DNA from: Sumerlaeia bacterium
Lineage (GTDB): Bacteria > Sumerlaeota > Sumerlaeia > SLMS01 > JAHLLQ01
Length of the DNA stretch: 64,000 nucleotides
Direction: 5' to 3'
Assembly (NCBI GenBank): GCA_040219255.1
Contig: JAVJSW010000039.1
Location: 125,120 to 189,119, forward strand
This document shows, one piece after another, positions 20,276 through 31,100 of the stretch. Under the pieces are notes generated by a model. That model had not been told where the DNA came from, did not search any database, and was given only the letters and a program-made list of their open reading frames with translations. Each line of letters starts with the position of its first letter. The first letter of the stretch is position 1. The translations under genes and the position numbers were made by a program.

Positions 20276-20506
20276 GCATGCGTGACGATCATGTTCACGA
20301 CGTTGGAATATCCCTTGAATCACATGAGAGACTCTCCAACTTCCAATGAACTCCTGCCGATCCAGGTCGACTCGGCCCAGTCATCAAGGCCGCCGAGCTA
20401 TCCATTGGAAAGCGTTCGCAATCCATTGGGAGTTCACACCTTGGCGTTTTGTTTTTGATGAATCAGAAGTAAGGGATCGGCCAATGGATTTTCTCCGCGC
20501 CCCCTC

Positions 20507-21025
20507 CTACTTCGCCCGCACCCTCCGTCCCGGCTGGGGGGTGGGGGCGGCGAGGTCGGAGCCGCTCCCTTCCAGGGGCAGTTGCAGGTCCGGGTTGTCC
20601 ATTGGGACGTCGGCCCCGGTGGTGTAAATGCTGAACGCCTCGGATCGCAGGCCCTGGCAGTCGCGGCAGACACCGTGGTAGAGGATGGTGTGGCCGTCGA
20701 TCTGGAAGCCCTCGGGCAGAAGGCCCTTGGTAGGGATGGGGCCGGGAGGCGCGTCGAGTTCATAGACGCGGCCGCAATCGCGGCAGTGAAAGTGGGGATG
20801 GGGATCGGTGACGCCCCACTCGTAGCGGGGCGCCTCACCCGGGAGGAAAACCAGGGAGAGCAGACCCGTCTCGTGCATCGACTTCAGCGTGCGGTAGACG
20901 GTGGCGATGCCGAGCTTCGGCACCGTCTCCTTGGCGAGGCGATGCACCTCGGCGGGGGAAAGTGGGCGTCTGGCATTCTTGAGGACCTGCCGGATGGCGG
21001 TCCTCTGGTTCGTCTTTCGTTCCAT
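20507..21025 (-). CDS. Fur family metal-dependent transcriptional regulator
   Basis: TNQRTAI, ATVYRTL, HPHFHCRDC, GVCRDC. Confidence 0.92.
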   Translation of the reverse strand: MERKTNQRTAIRQVLKNARRPLSPAEVHRLAKETVPKLGIATVYRTLKSMHETGLLSLVFLPGEAPRYEWGVTDPHPHFHCRDCGRVYELDAPPGPIPTKGLLPEGFQIDGHTILYHGVCRDCQGLRSEAFSIYTTGADVPMDNPDLQLPLEGSGSDLAAPTPQPGRRVRAK

Positions 21026-21322
21026 CTCGCTAACCCAATACAAGCACAACTCAAGGCGAAGCGCCCCTTCTTCACCGTTGAGCCAATCTCAGTTACAGCC
21101 CACCCTTTGCGGTTGAGCCATTCGAGTCAAAGGAAAACTCGAATTCGTACCGAACCGGTCGCAGGGGCGCCCCCGCAACGCGACCGCGGCGGGCGGGAAG
21201 AACCCACCTAAGTTGCACCGTATCAAAGGCTTACACAGTGGCTTTGTGATGAGCGGGGCATAAAGGGAATGAAAAACCATCCGTCGTTTTAAATCATGCA
21301 ATGAAATCGGAACGATCCTCGA

Positions 21323-21346
21323 GGAATGAAAACTCGATTCCATTCC
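21323..21346. promoter_or_regulatory. AT-rich palindrome upstream of the Fur-family gene (operator or terminator)
   Basis: GGAATGAAA-actcga-TTCCATTCC, 9-6-9 with one mismatch. Confidence 0.3.
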
Positions 21347-21380
21347 GTTTTCAATTTTTCGATCAATTTCGTTATCGCCG

Positions 21381-24275
21381 TCAGCAATTCATGGCCCGCG
21401 CCAGGCGGTCGTAGCGGCGGGTCATCCAGCCTCGCTCTCGCATGCGGAGGAAGACGCGGCGGGCGTCGTCCTCGCAGCGCGCGCGCAGGTATAGTTCGGC
21501 GGCGATGCCGGCGCCGTGGCACTGGTCTTCCCAGTCGCTGGGGCGGAGCATGGCGAGCGCGGTTTCGTAGGCCTGTTGGGCCGGGCCCGGTTCGCCGCGG
21601 CCTTCCAGGGCCATGCCAAGGGCCAGATGGCCTTGGCAGTAGGCGTTTTGAAAGACGCCGTTGCCGGGCATTTTCTCCAGGGCCTGGTTCGCTCCGGCGA
21701 TGGCTTCGCGGGCAAGAGAAAGGGCCGAGTCGCTCTTGCCGAGCGCCGCCAGGACTTGGGCGTAGTATCCGCAGTTGAGCGCGTGGCTGCCGCGTTCGCG
21801 GGCGTTGGTGGGATCGGCGGCGGAGAGTTGGGAGCTGAGATCGACCGCTTCGCCGCTGTATTTGGCGGCTTCGCTGGGGCGCTCCATGTTGTAGAGCATG
21901 CGCCCGGTGCAGGAGAGCAGGAAGGTGAGCATGTTGCGATGCATGGCGTTGGCGGGATCGCCCTCGGCGAGTTCGCGCCGCAGGGCCATGGCGCGGGAGT
22001 AGGTGACCAGGGCGTCGTCGAATTCGCCAGCGAATTCCTGGATCAGAGCCAGGTTGGAGACGCTCCAGCAGAGGTCGTCGAGGCTCTGCATGTTGGCCGG
22101 TTCTTCTTCGCGCAACTCTTCGCGGAGCAGAACGCTGCGTTCGGTGACGCGGATCGCTTCGGCCAGTTCGTTGCGGTCGCGATAGACATTGCCAAAGGTC
22201 GCCAGACACCATCCCAGATTGCCCCGGATAGCCCGGTCGGCGGGATGTTTGGCGGCCAGTTCCTCCAGAATCCGCAGGGCCCGCAGGTGCATTTCGAGGG
22301 CCTGATCGGTCTCCTGCTTGCGCCAATGGGCCACGCCCACTTGGTGGCTGGCGTGGGCGAGGCGGTTGCGGATCGCCACGTCTCCGGGGTTGTTGCGGGA
22401 AAGCCGGATCAGCATGCTCAGCGCGGCCTGGTGCTCCTCGAGAGCCGCGCCGGGGTTGCCCTGAAAGTAGAGCACGGTGCCGATGCGTTCATGGCTTTCC
22501 GCCAGATCGGACCGATAGGCTGGATCTTCGGGGTCGAGTTCGACGAGGTTGCGGGCGTAGCCCTGGAATTCGCGAAAGGCTTGCAGGGCGGCGGTCAGGT
22601 CGCCCTTGGCGCGGAACACATCGCCGAGGTTGCGGCAGGCGACGGCGCGGTTCCGCAGCGCGGCGAGCCGGCTCTCGTGATCCGTGGCCAGGTCTTCCTC
22701 GTCCGGAAAGGCGTCGAAATAGTCGAGCGCTTCGTTGCCGACGCGCGCCAGGAGATCGAGCCGGTTGACCTGCTTGAGGCCCTCGTGCAGGTCCTGGAGA
22801 ACGAAAGCGAGGAGGCGTTCGGCGCGTTCGCGGGCTTTGCGGGCGCGGTTGAAGGCCGCCTCCAGGCGTTCGTCGGCGCGGCGCTGCTCTTCTTCGCGGC
22901 GGGCGATTTCCGCCAGCAAATCCTCGCGCGTCGGGCACGGGCTGAGGCGCTCGGCCTGAAGACGGGCGAGCCTCAGATCGCGGCTTTGGAGCGCGACGCG
23001 GCTGTAGCGCGCGAGCAGGTCCTGGCGCAGTTGGCCCGCTTCCGTGTTGCCGGGCCAGAGGGTGCGGGCGCGGCTGAGTTTTTCCAGGGCCTCGGCCAGT
23101 TCGATGTACTCGATGGCGCCCTTGGCCAGGCTCTCCGCCACTTCTCCGATGAGAACTTCCGCTTCCCTGCGGCGCGACGCACCGGTGAGGAAACCGCGCA
23201 GTTCGTCGACCACTTCCTCGGCGGAGCGGGGGCGATCCAAGGGAGAGAGGGCGAGGCAGCGCATCGCCAGGATGTCGAGTTCCAAGGGCACCTCCCGGTC
23301 TTCGGGAGCGGCCTCGCGGGGGGGCTGGACTTTGCCCTCGGCGGCCAGGAAGAACGCCGCTTTGGGCGAGTCGGCCTCGTGCGGCCGGCGACCCGTCAGG
23401 AGTTCGTACAGCACGGCGCCGAGCAGATAGACGTCGGTCCAGGGCCCGATGTTCGAGACCGTGTCCTCGGTTTGCTCCGGCGCCATATAGGCCACGGTTC
23501 CGGCCGGGTTGGCGGCGGATTCGCTCATGGCGCCCAACATGGGCACGATCAGGCTATCGCTCTCGCGGCGGTTGCGTTCCGGGTCGTAGACCAGCGCGAT
23601 ACCCCAGTCCATCAGGAGCACCTCGCCGAATTCGCCGACCATGACCTGACTCGGCTTGAGGTCGCGATGGACGATGCCGCGGCTGTGGGCGAAGGCCACC
23701 GCCTGGCCGACGTCGATCAGGATGGTCAGATGCTTGGCGAGGAATTCCTCGACGCCGAGGGTGGGCCAGTCCTGGCGCAGAAGCTGATACCAGGGTTTGC
23801 CACCGACGCGCTTCATGGCGATCAGCAGATTGCCCTCTTCGTCGAGCCCTAAGTCATGCACCGGCAGGACGTTGGGATGCTCCAGGCTGGCGGCGAGAAA
23901 GGCTTCGTGGCGGAAGTCGTGCTCGAGCTGGCGCAGGCGGCGCGGATTGTCGCTGCAACTTTCCCGCAGATCCCATCGCAGGCGCTTGACCGCGATGGTG
24001 CGGCCCAGGCTTTCCTGCCGCGCTTCCCAGACTTCGCCGACACCGCCCTGGGCGATCAGGTTGAGCAGCGTGTAGTCCGGGTTCATTTCCGGCCGGTATT
24101 CCGGATCGGCGGTTCGCGCGTCTTCCTGGCGAACCGGTGCTGTGTTGACGACGCGGCGGCGTGTCGCCTCAAAGGAATCGTAATCGCTGGGCAGGGCGGA
24201 GAGCGAATCGAGGCTGGCGACTTGAGTGGTGAACGTCTCGTAGAGGGTCGAGGGGAGGTTGAGAGGAAGCTTCAC
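21381..24275 (-). CDS. Ser/Thr protein kinase with C-terminal TPR repeats
   Basis: AQGGVG, AVK, HRDLKPSQ, DWG, GTVAYMAPE; many 'dP.n...r.dLa' TPR-like repeats. Confidence 0.92.
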   Translation of the reverse strand: MKLPLNLPSTLYETFTTQVASLDSLSALPSDYDSFEATRRRVVNTAPVRQEDARTADPEYRPEMNPDYTLLNLIAQGGVGEVWEARQESLGRTIAVKRLRWDLRESCSDNPRRLRQLEHDFRHEAFLAASLEHPNVLPVHDLGLDEEGNLLIAMKRVGGKPWYQLLRQDWPTLGVEEFLAKHLTILIDVGQAVAFAHSRGIVHRDLKPSQVMVGEFGEVLLMDWGIALVYDPERNRRESDSLIVPMLGAMSESAANPAGTVAYMAPEQTEDTVSNIGPWTDVYLLGAVLYELLTGRRPHEADSPKAAFFLAAEGKVQPPREAAPEDREVPLELDILAMRCLALSPLDRPRSAEEVVDELRGFLTGASRRREAEVLIGEVAESLAKGAIEYIELAEALEKLSRARTLWPGNTEAGQLRQDLLARYSRVALQSRDLRLARLQAERLSPCPTREDLLAEIARREEEQRRADERLEAAFNRARKARERAERLLAFVLQDLHEGLKQVNRLDLLARVGNEALDYFDAFPDEEDLATDHESRLAALRNRAVACRNLGDVFRAKGDLTAALQAFREFQGYARNLVELDPEDPAYRSDLAESHERIGTVLYFQGNPGAALEEHQAALSMLIRLSRNNPGDVAIRNRLAHASHQVGVAHWRKQETDQALEMHLRALRILEELAAKHPADRAIRGNLGWCLATFGNVYRDRNELAEAIRVTERSVLLREELREEEPANMQSLDDLCWSVSNLALIQEFAGEFDDALVTYSRAMALRRELAEGDPANAMHRNMLTFLLSCTGRMLYNMERPSEAAKYSGEAVDLSSQLSAADPTNARERGSHALNCGYYAQVLAALGKSDSALSLAREAIAGANQALEKMPGNGVFQNAYCQGHLALGMALEGRGEPGPAQQAYETALAMLRPSDWEDQCHGAGIAAELYLRARCEDDARRVFLRMRERGWMTRRYDRLARAMNC

Positions 24276-24338
24276 CGGAATAGGACGGAACCCTTCGGAT
24301 CGTTTGGGAGGCTAGGAAGAATGACCCACCCTTGGAAA

Positions 24339-24367
24339 AGCTTATGACAATGGAGCGTGAGGGTCAA
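24339..24367 (-). promoter_or_regulatory. Sigma70-type promoter for the TPR kinase
   Basis: Minus strand TTGACC-17 nt-TAAGCT. Confidence 0.45.
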
Positions 24368-24499
24368 GAGAGTCGCGCCACCGAAAAATCGGGCCGGTGT
24401 CGTTTCAATGGGCTCTTCTTCACTGGAAAATCGAGAGATGCCAAAAACCCAGGAGCATCGCCGGCGGAGCCCGCGTCCCCTAAACGGCCATGCAGGCGA

Positions 24500-26032
24500 T
24501 CAGTCTTCGATGCGCCGGCCGCGATAGTAGCGGACCTTTTTCTTCTTCTTGCCGCCGCCGGACTTCTTTGGGCCGAGGCCGGCGGTGCCGCTCGCGCTGT
24601 CGTCGAGGGGCGATGCGGGGCCGGTATAGGACGAGGAGTCGTCGGGCCCGCGGGGTACGGCGCTGAGCTTGCCGAACAGGGACGAACCGGGGCGCGAAGA
24701 TTCGGAGGGATCGTCGGGCGGCGGGGGCGTCTTTTTTTTGTCGGCGGGAGCGGGTTCCGTGGGGATCGCCTTGAAGAGGCCGGAGATCTTCTTGAAGATG
24801 TTGGATTGGCGCGTGTTGGTCTGTTCGGCGATGGTTTTCTCCGCCTCTTCTTCGCGCTGTCCTTCCAGGAGTTTGGCCTGCAATTGATAGGTCGAGGAGC
24901 CCTTTTGACTGGCCACCACCGAGGAGCCGCTGGCTTCGTCGTCGGTCGAGCCGCCCTGGAAACCGGCGGGAATGGGCCGGCGGTTGAACCCGCTGGTGTT
25001 CTGGAAGAGGGTCAGTTCCTCGACCAGTTCGCGGGGATTCTGATACCGTTCGTCGCGGTCCTTCTTCATGCACTTGGTCAGGATTTCCACGAGCCGGTCG
25101 GGCATTTCCGGGCAGAAGTCGCGTGGACTGGGGGCTTCCTCGTAGATGACTTTGGCCATGACTTCGAAGGGCGATCCGCCGGCGAAGGGTGAATGGCCCG
25201 TCAAAGCCTTGTAGAAAGTCACGCCGAGAGCGTAAATGTCCGCCCGGATGTCCACGTCTTCGTTGCCGCGCACTTGCTCGGGCGGCATGTAGGCTGGGGT
25301 GCCCATGGCCTGGCCAACCATGGTGAGGTTTTCGGACTTTTTGGCTCCGGATTGCACGGCGCGGGCCAGACCCAGGTCGGCGATTCGAGCCGAGCCGGTC
25401 TTGGTCAGCAGGATGTTGGAGGGCTTGATGTCGCGATGCACCAGGCCAGCCTCGTGAATGTCGACCAGGCCCTGGGCGCAATCGAGGAAGAGCCGGGTGG
25501 CGAGGTCGGCGGCGATGCGGCCGCCATTGTTCTTCATGAGGGCGGCGAGTTCGCCGCCGCTGACGAACTTCATGGCGATATAGAGGAATCCGCCCTCGTT
25601 GCCGGCGTCGTAAACGGTAACGACGTAAGGGCTGTCGACGGAGGCGGCGATGCGGGCTTCGCGGATGAATCGTTTGACGAAGGAGTCGTCGCTGGCGAGG
25701 TCTTCGCGCATGATCTTGAGGGCCACTTTGCGGCCCAGCATGACGTGTTGCGCTTTGTAGACGACGCCCATGGCGCCCTTGCCGACGCGCTCGAGGAGTT
25801 CGTACTGACCGATTTTTTGCACGTCGTGAGCGATGTTGTGGCGCTGGCGATGAATCTCCACCGGGTCCTCGGCGGGTCCCATGGGAGTCGACGAGATCGA
25901 CCTGGTGGGCATGTCGTCGTGCGACTCCGGAGCGCCATGGTCTGGCACCATGGTGGGCCGCTCCCACTCCATGGTTTCCGCCTGGTCGAGATCGATGGCT
26001 TTGTTTTTCGTCTCGTTCTTTGGGTCGCTCAT
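24500..26032 (-). CDS. Cytoplasmic Ser/Thr protein kinase with disordered basic C-tail
   Basis: GKGAMG, VALK, HRDIKPSN, DLG, GTPAYMPPE; no TM segment. Confidence 0.92.
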   Translation of the reverse strand: MSDPKNETKNKAIDLDQAETMEWERPTMVPDHGAPESHDDMPTRSISSTPMGPAEDPVEIHRQRHNIAHDVQKIGQYELLERVGKGAMGVVYKAQHVMLGRKVALKIMREDLASDDSFVKRFIREARIAASVDSPYVVTVYDAGNEGGFLYIAMKFVSGGELAALMKNNGGRIAADLATRLFLDCAQGLVDIHEAGLVHRDIKPSNILLTKTGSARIADLGLARAVQSGAKKSENLTMVGQAMGTPAYMPPEQVRGNEDVDIRADIYALGVTFYKALTGHSPFAGGSPFEVMAKVIYEEAPSPRDFCPEMPDRLVEILTKCMKKDRDERYQNPRELVEELTLFQNTSGFNRRPIPAGFQGGSTDDEASGSSVVASQKGSSTYQLQAKLLEGQREEEAEKTIAEQTNTRQSNIFKKISGLFKAIPTEPAPADKKKTPPPPDDPSESSRPGSSLFGKLSAVPRGPDDSSSYTGPASPLDDSASGTAGLGPKKSGGGKKKKKVRYYRGRRIED

Positions 26033-26159
26033 CCGCCCCCCCACCGATTGATCCGATGCGTACTTCGGTCGGTCCTTATGGTCGGGACGCGGGGGGCTCG
26101 TAAAGGACCTTTTTTCCAGGCGAGTTTTTTTGGAGCGGCCATTTTATGAAAAGCCTTAT

Positions 26160-27617
26160 TTAGACAAGGGTTGGAAGTTCCTCCTCCTCGTCTTCGTCAT
26201 CGTTCATGCCAAAGAATCCCGGGTCCGGGTAGGCGGCGATGCCATGCTCGGAAACGTCCATGCCTTCTTCCTCCTCCTCCGCGGGAATGCGCAGCCCCAT
26301 GGTGCCCTTCAAGGTGGCGAACAGCAGCAGCCCGGTGATGGCGCAGAACAGGAACACGGCGGTGGCGCCGAGCGCCTGAATGCCCAGGAGGGTGAAACCG
26401 CCGCCGAAGAAAAGCCCATCCATAATATCCGGATTCACCGAGCTTTGGGCGAACAACCCCACCATCAGGGTGCCATAGACGCCGCAGATGGCGTGGACGC
26501 TGATGGCCCCGACGGGGTCGTCGACGCCGAAATTGTCGATGCCGATGATGGAGAACACGATCAGGGGGCCGGCGAGGGCTCCGATCGCGAGGGCGGCGGC
26601 GGGCTGCACATAGCCGCAGCCCGCCGTGATCGCCACCAGGCCGGCCAGAATGCCATTCAGCGTGAGGCTGATGTCGAATTCCTTGAACAGAATTCGCGCC
26701 GTGAAAAGGGTCGTGACGGCGGAGGCGGCGGAGGCCAGAATAGTGTTGAGGCAAATGAGCGCGATGAGCGGCTGGGCCGCCATGGTGGACCCGGCGTTGA
26801 ACCCGAACCAGCCAACCCAAAGCAGGAAAACGCCCAGCGTCGCCATGGGCAGCGAATGCCCGGGAATGGCCTTGGGCTGGCCCTGGGCGTCGTACTTGCC
26901 CGCCCGGGGCCCGACGATGTAGGCGCCCATGAGCGCCAGCCAGCCGCCAACGCCATGCACCACGGTGGAGCCGGCGAAGTCGCGGAAGCCGCGCTCGTAG
27001 AGCCAGCCTCCGCCCCAAATCCAGTGGCCCGCCACCGGATAAATCACACCGGTAATGACCGCGGAGTAGATCAGGTAACTGCTGAATTTGGTGCGTTCCG
27101 CCATGGCGCCGGAAACGATGGTGGCGGCGGTGGCGGCAAAGGCGAGGTGGAAGACGAACTTGGCCTCGAGGGGAACGCCCGCCCACGAGAGCGAGGTGAA
27201 GACGCCCTCGTACAGATCGCCCACCAGGGGCGAATTGTCCGCCCCCAAGAGAAAGAAACCGTGCTGGCCGAAGAACGGGTTCCCATCTCCAAACATCAGT
27301 GCGAAGCCGAGCGTGAAAAAGGCCAGCGCCCCCACCGAGAGGTCCATCAGGTTCTTCATCAGAATGCTGACGGCGTTCTTGGCCCGCACGAGTCCCGCTT
27401 CGAGATAGGCGAAACCGGCCTGCATCAGGTAAACGAGCACCGCCGCCATGATGACCCAAACGGTGTCGAGGAGGAACTTGGGGGCGATTCGCTCGTCGAG
27501 GGCGTAGCGCTCTGAGGGCAAGAGCACATCGACGGGAGCCCCGCCTTCCCCCTGGGCGTAAGTCAAGGCGGCGGACGCCAGGAGCAGCAGCAAGAGGAGG
27601 CAAGGGCAACGCTTCAT
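26160..27617 (-). CDS. amtB: Ammonium transporter (Amt)
   Basis: MQAGFAYLEAG, SGAMAER, DFAGSTVVH, GWFGFNAGS, DDPVGAISVH (twin His). Confidence 0.96.
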   Translation of the reverse strand: MKRCPCLLLLLLLASAALTYAQGEGGAPVDVLLPSERYALDERIAPKFLLDTVWVIMAAVLVYLMQAGFAYLEAGLVRAKNAVSILMKNLMDLSVGALAFFTLGFALMFGDGNPFFGQHGFFLLGADNSPLVGDLYEGVFTSLSWAGVPLEAKFVFHLAFAATAATIVSGAMAERTKFSSYLIYSAVITGVIYPVAGHWIWGGGWLYERGFRDFAGSTVVHGVGGWLALMGAYIVGPRAGKYDAQGQPKAIPGHSLPMATLGVFLLWVGWFGFNAGSTMAAQPLIALICLNTILASAASAVTTLFTARILFKEFDISLTLNGILAGLVAITAGCGYVQPAAALAIGALAGPLIVFSIIGIDNFGVDDPVGAISVHAICGVYGTLMVGLFAQSSVNPDIMDGLFFGGGFTLLGIQALGATAVFLFCAITGLLLFATLKGTMGLRIPAEEEEEGMDVSEHGIAAYPDPGFFGMNDDEDEEEELPTLV

Positions 27618-27840
27618 GGCAATCCAAGGGTCAAGGGAATGGGGGCGAGGAACACCGGGCCGCAGGCTGGAAAACAGACGGAGCCAGTCGGGACCTCGGG
27701 CGGAGATCAGGCCAGCGAAAGGCTAATAGGCGGGACTTCGCCCCGGCGTCAAGACTTGCGCGATTCGCCTCCGCCTCGCCCCGCGATCCTTCAACCACGG
27801 AGGCTGGAGGTTCACGAAGGGAATTTTATTTTATTTTATT

Positions 27841-28008
27841 TTGCCACAGATGAAGGCCGATGGCGCTGATGATGGCGCACCGGCGAGAAACATTCTGAAT
27901 TCTGATGAAGATGGCTGACTTGAACGAAAGTCGCTCAAGCATATCTCAGCAGGTCGGTCTGCGTCCTCGAGACATATCATCTGTGCCGATCCGCGTGATC
28001 TGTGGCGA
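27841..28008. repeat. MITE/REP-like element with ~33-nt imperfect terminal inverted repeats
   Basis: ttgccacagatgaaggccgatggcgctgatgat ... atcatctgtgccgatccgcgtgatctgtggcga; preceded by (tttta)n. Confidence 0.5.
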
Positions 28009-28111
28009 ATCATTCTTCGCTCCTCGCTGCCTCTGAGTCGAGTTTTCTTGGAGGATCGACGGCCACGCCCCGCGCTCTTTCGAGGCGATGCCATCGTGTC
28101 GGCCGCCCCCG

Positions 28112-28150
28112 AATAAAGAACCCCCACCGAGTCCGAAAACCCGGCGGGGG
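28112..28150 (-). terminator. Rho-independent terminator of the GH13 gene
   Basis: Minus strand CCCCCGCCGGGT-TTTCGG-ACTCGGTGGGGG followed by TTCTTTATT. Confidence 0.75.
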
Positions 28151-28194
28151 CCATCCCTCCTGAAGCGACGAGGCCTTAGAGAGGCTCTTGGGAA

Positions 28195-31100
28195 TTATTG
28201 GGAGAGGATGATGACGGTGTAGGGACCGACAGCGATGTTACCGTTGTAACCCATGCCGTCCTTGGCACCGCCATTGGCGTTGGTGTCGTAGGAGTAGGTG
28301 TTGCCGAAATCGCCGGAGTAGCCGTTCCAGTCGCTGTTGAAGCGCACGTACCAGGTGCCGCCGCTGGGGAAGCCGATGTTGTAGCTGTTGTAGGTGGTGC
28401 CGCTGAAGTTCGCGACCACGATCACGTCGTCGCCGGGGCCACCGTTCTCCCAGCGGTGATAGGCGACGACCTTGCCGGTGTCGTTGACGTGGTGGACGTT
28501 GACGTTGTTGCCGCGCAGACCGCGGGTATTGTTGTCGTAGTTGCGGCGCAACTGCATGAGGCGGCGGTAGAGGTCGATAATGCCGCCATAGGTCGTGGCC
28601 TTGTTCCAGTCGATCGGGTCGGTGTCTTGCCAGAAGCCGTCTTCGAGGAATTCCTGGCCCTGGAAGATCATCGGGATGCCGGGGGCGGTGAAGGTGATGG
28701 CGGCGCCGAGGGTCGAGCGCTTCTTGGAGAACCAGGAGCCGGCGTTACCGGGCCAGATTTCTTCCGGAACGCGGCTGCGGCCGTTGTTCACTTCGTCGTG
28801 GGACTCGGTGTAGATCACGCGCTGGGTGGCGGTGCCGTTGTAGAGGTTGGCGATGGCGTCGCGCACCTGGTACATGTGGCGGTCGCTGTCGTTGGCGGTG
28901 ATGATGGCTTCGCGGATCGGGTGGACGAAGCCCGCGTCCCATTGGCTGTCGAAGCCAGCGCCGCCGGCGCCCGTCGACCGGGTGATGTACTCGTTCTTCT
29001 GGAGATCTTCGGCGATGCTGATCTTCCAGGGCTGGGAAGCGTCGATCTCGTTGTTGATCCACTGGATCAGGCTCCAGCCTTCCGGAATGTCGCCGCCGCT
29101 GCCGTTGTTCTGGGTGCGGATGTTGACCACCGAGTCCCAGCGCAGGCCGTCGACGCGGTATTCGTTGAGCCAGTAGAGGGCGTTGTCGCGCAGGTAGGAG
29201 CGCACTTCGCCACGGCCGTAGTCGGGACGGGTGGCGCCCCAGGGGGTCTGAGCGCGCCAGTCGTTGTAGAAGTAGATGCCGCCGCTGCCGTAGCACTCGC
29301 CGTCGAAGCACCACATGTCGAGATCGCTGGGGCCGAAGTGGTTATAGACCACGTCGAGGATGACGCCGATGCCGCGGCCGTGGCACTCGTCCACGAAGGC
29401 CTTGAAGTCTTTGGGCGAGCCGTAGGCGCTCTCGGGAGCGAACGGGTGAGCGGGGTTGTAGCCCCAGGAGAAATCGGCGCCGAATTCGGCGATGGGCATG
29501 ACCTTGACCATGTTCACGCCGAGGTTCTGCAGGTGATCGAGGCGGGCGATAGCGCTCTGGAAGGTGCCGGGGCCGCCGCCGGGCGAGTCGTTGTAGGTAC
29601 CGATGTGCATCTCGTAGATGACCATCTCGTTGAAGCCGGGGGCACCGAAGCCGGTGTTTTGCCAGGTGTAAGCAAGGTCCGCGATGACCGACTCGCCGAC
29701 GGAGTTAGTGATGTCGAGGGCGCGCGGGTCGTTCTTCCAAAGGTCGGTTCCATTGTTCGTGATGACGTACTTGTAGCGATCGTTGATGACCGCGCCGTCC
29801 ACATCGACGCTCCAGTGGCCGTTGCCTTCGCTGAACATCGGGTTCGCGCCTTGGTTCCAGCCGTTGAAATCGCCAGCCACGGCCACGGCGTCGGCGTTCG
29901 GCGCCCAGACGCGGAACATGGTGCCATTGCTGTAGGGAACGGCGCCCATGCCCGAGCGGCTCGACGGACCGGCCGGAGTCGGCGTGGGGGTCGGCGTCGG
30001 GGTCGCGGTCGGCGTGGGTGTCGGAGTCGGCGTAGGAGTCGGCGTCGGGGTGGCGCCGCCGGTGATGGTGGCGGTCAGGCTGTAGTTGCTGCTGGTGGCG
30101 TAGCCCTGGGCCGCGAGGTACCACGTGCCCGCCGCGGGGTTGCTGACGGTGACGGTTTCGTTCGAGCCGCCGACGTAGGGACGATAATCCCAATCGGTGA
30201 GCGTCGGCTGGCTGCCGTAGTTGACGTAGAGATCGGCGTCGTTCGTGCCGGTCATGACGATGCTGAGCTGGGTGGCGCCGCTCGGAACCGCGATGGAATA
30301 ATGATCCCAGGCGTTCTGAGCCACCGTGCCACTGACGGTCTGGCCGCTGGTCAGGGTGCTGCCGCCAGGCGTCGGCGTGGGCGTCGGAGTAGGCGTCGCA
30401 GTGGCGGTCGGCGTGGGAGTCGGAGTCGCGGTCGGAGTCGGCGTAGGAGTCGGCGTGGAGCTGCCGCCCGAGGTGCCGGTGACGAAGATGTCGTCCACGG
30501 CCACGTCGCCAGCCCAGCCACCCGCGGCGGTCAGGACGAAGCGCAGGCTGAGCGTGCCGGAGTAGGAACCGAGGTCCACCGTGGCGGAGAGCCAGTTGCT
30601 CTGGCTGCTGGACTGCTGCCCGGTGCGGCTCCAGACGGTGCTATAGGCGCCGCCGGTGGAGGCCTGAAGGGACAGTGTGCCCGTGTTGCTGCCATACATG
30701 TTGTATTCGAAGCTCGCGGTACGGTCCGAGCCGCCGATGCCGGAGGCCTGCAGGAAAGCCGTGTTGCCTGAGCTGTAGGCGCCGCCGCTGGACGTTTCGA
30801 CGAAGGCGTACCAGGACGAGCCGTTGGCGCCGGAGCTAGGGCCGGTGCCGCTGCTCGGGGTGCCGCCGCTGTCGCGGGTCCAGTTGTGGCTGTCGCCGCT
30901 GACGTTGACGAAGTCGCCGAAGCCGCTCTCGAAGTCCGAGGAGGCCAGAATGGTGGCTCCACCGCCGCCACCGGAGGGCGTGCCCTCGAGGACGATGTTG
31001 TCGAGGGCGAGGCCGTCGCTGCTGGCGGGGTAGTTGTCGTACTGCTGCCAGCGAATGATCGTGCTGGAGGAGTTGCTGGGGATCGCCACCGTGGAGGTCA

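Noticed and set aside
20201-20458. Small ORF between yciI and the Fur-family gene
   Set aside because: No recognisable motif, overlaps the repeat element, atypical codon usage.
29975-30460. Short periodic repeats that could be mistaken for a CRISPR array or VNTR
   Set aside because: In-frame Pro-Thr linkers; no repeat-spacer structure and no cas genes.
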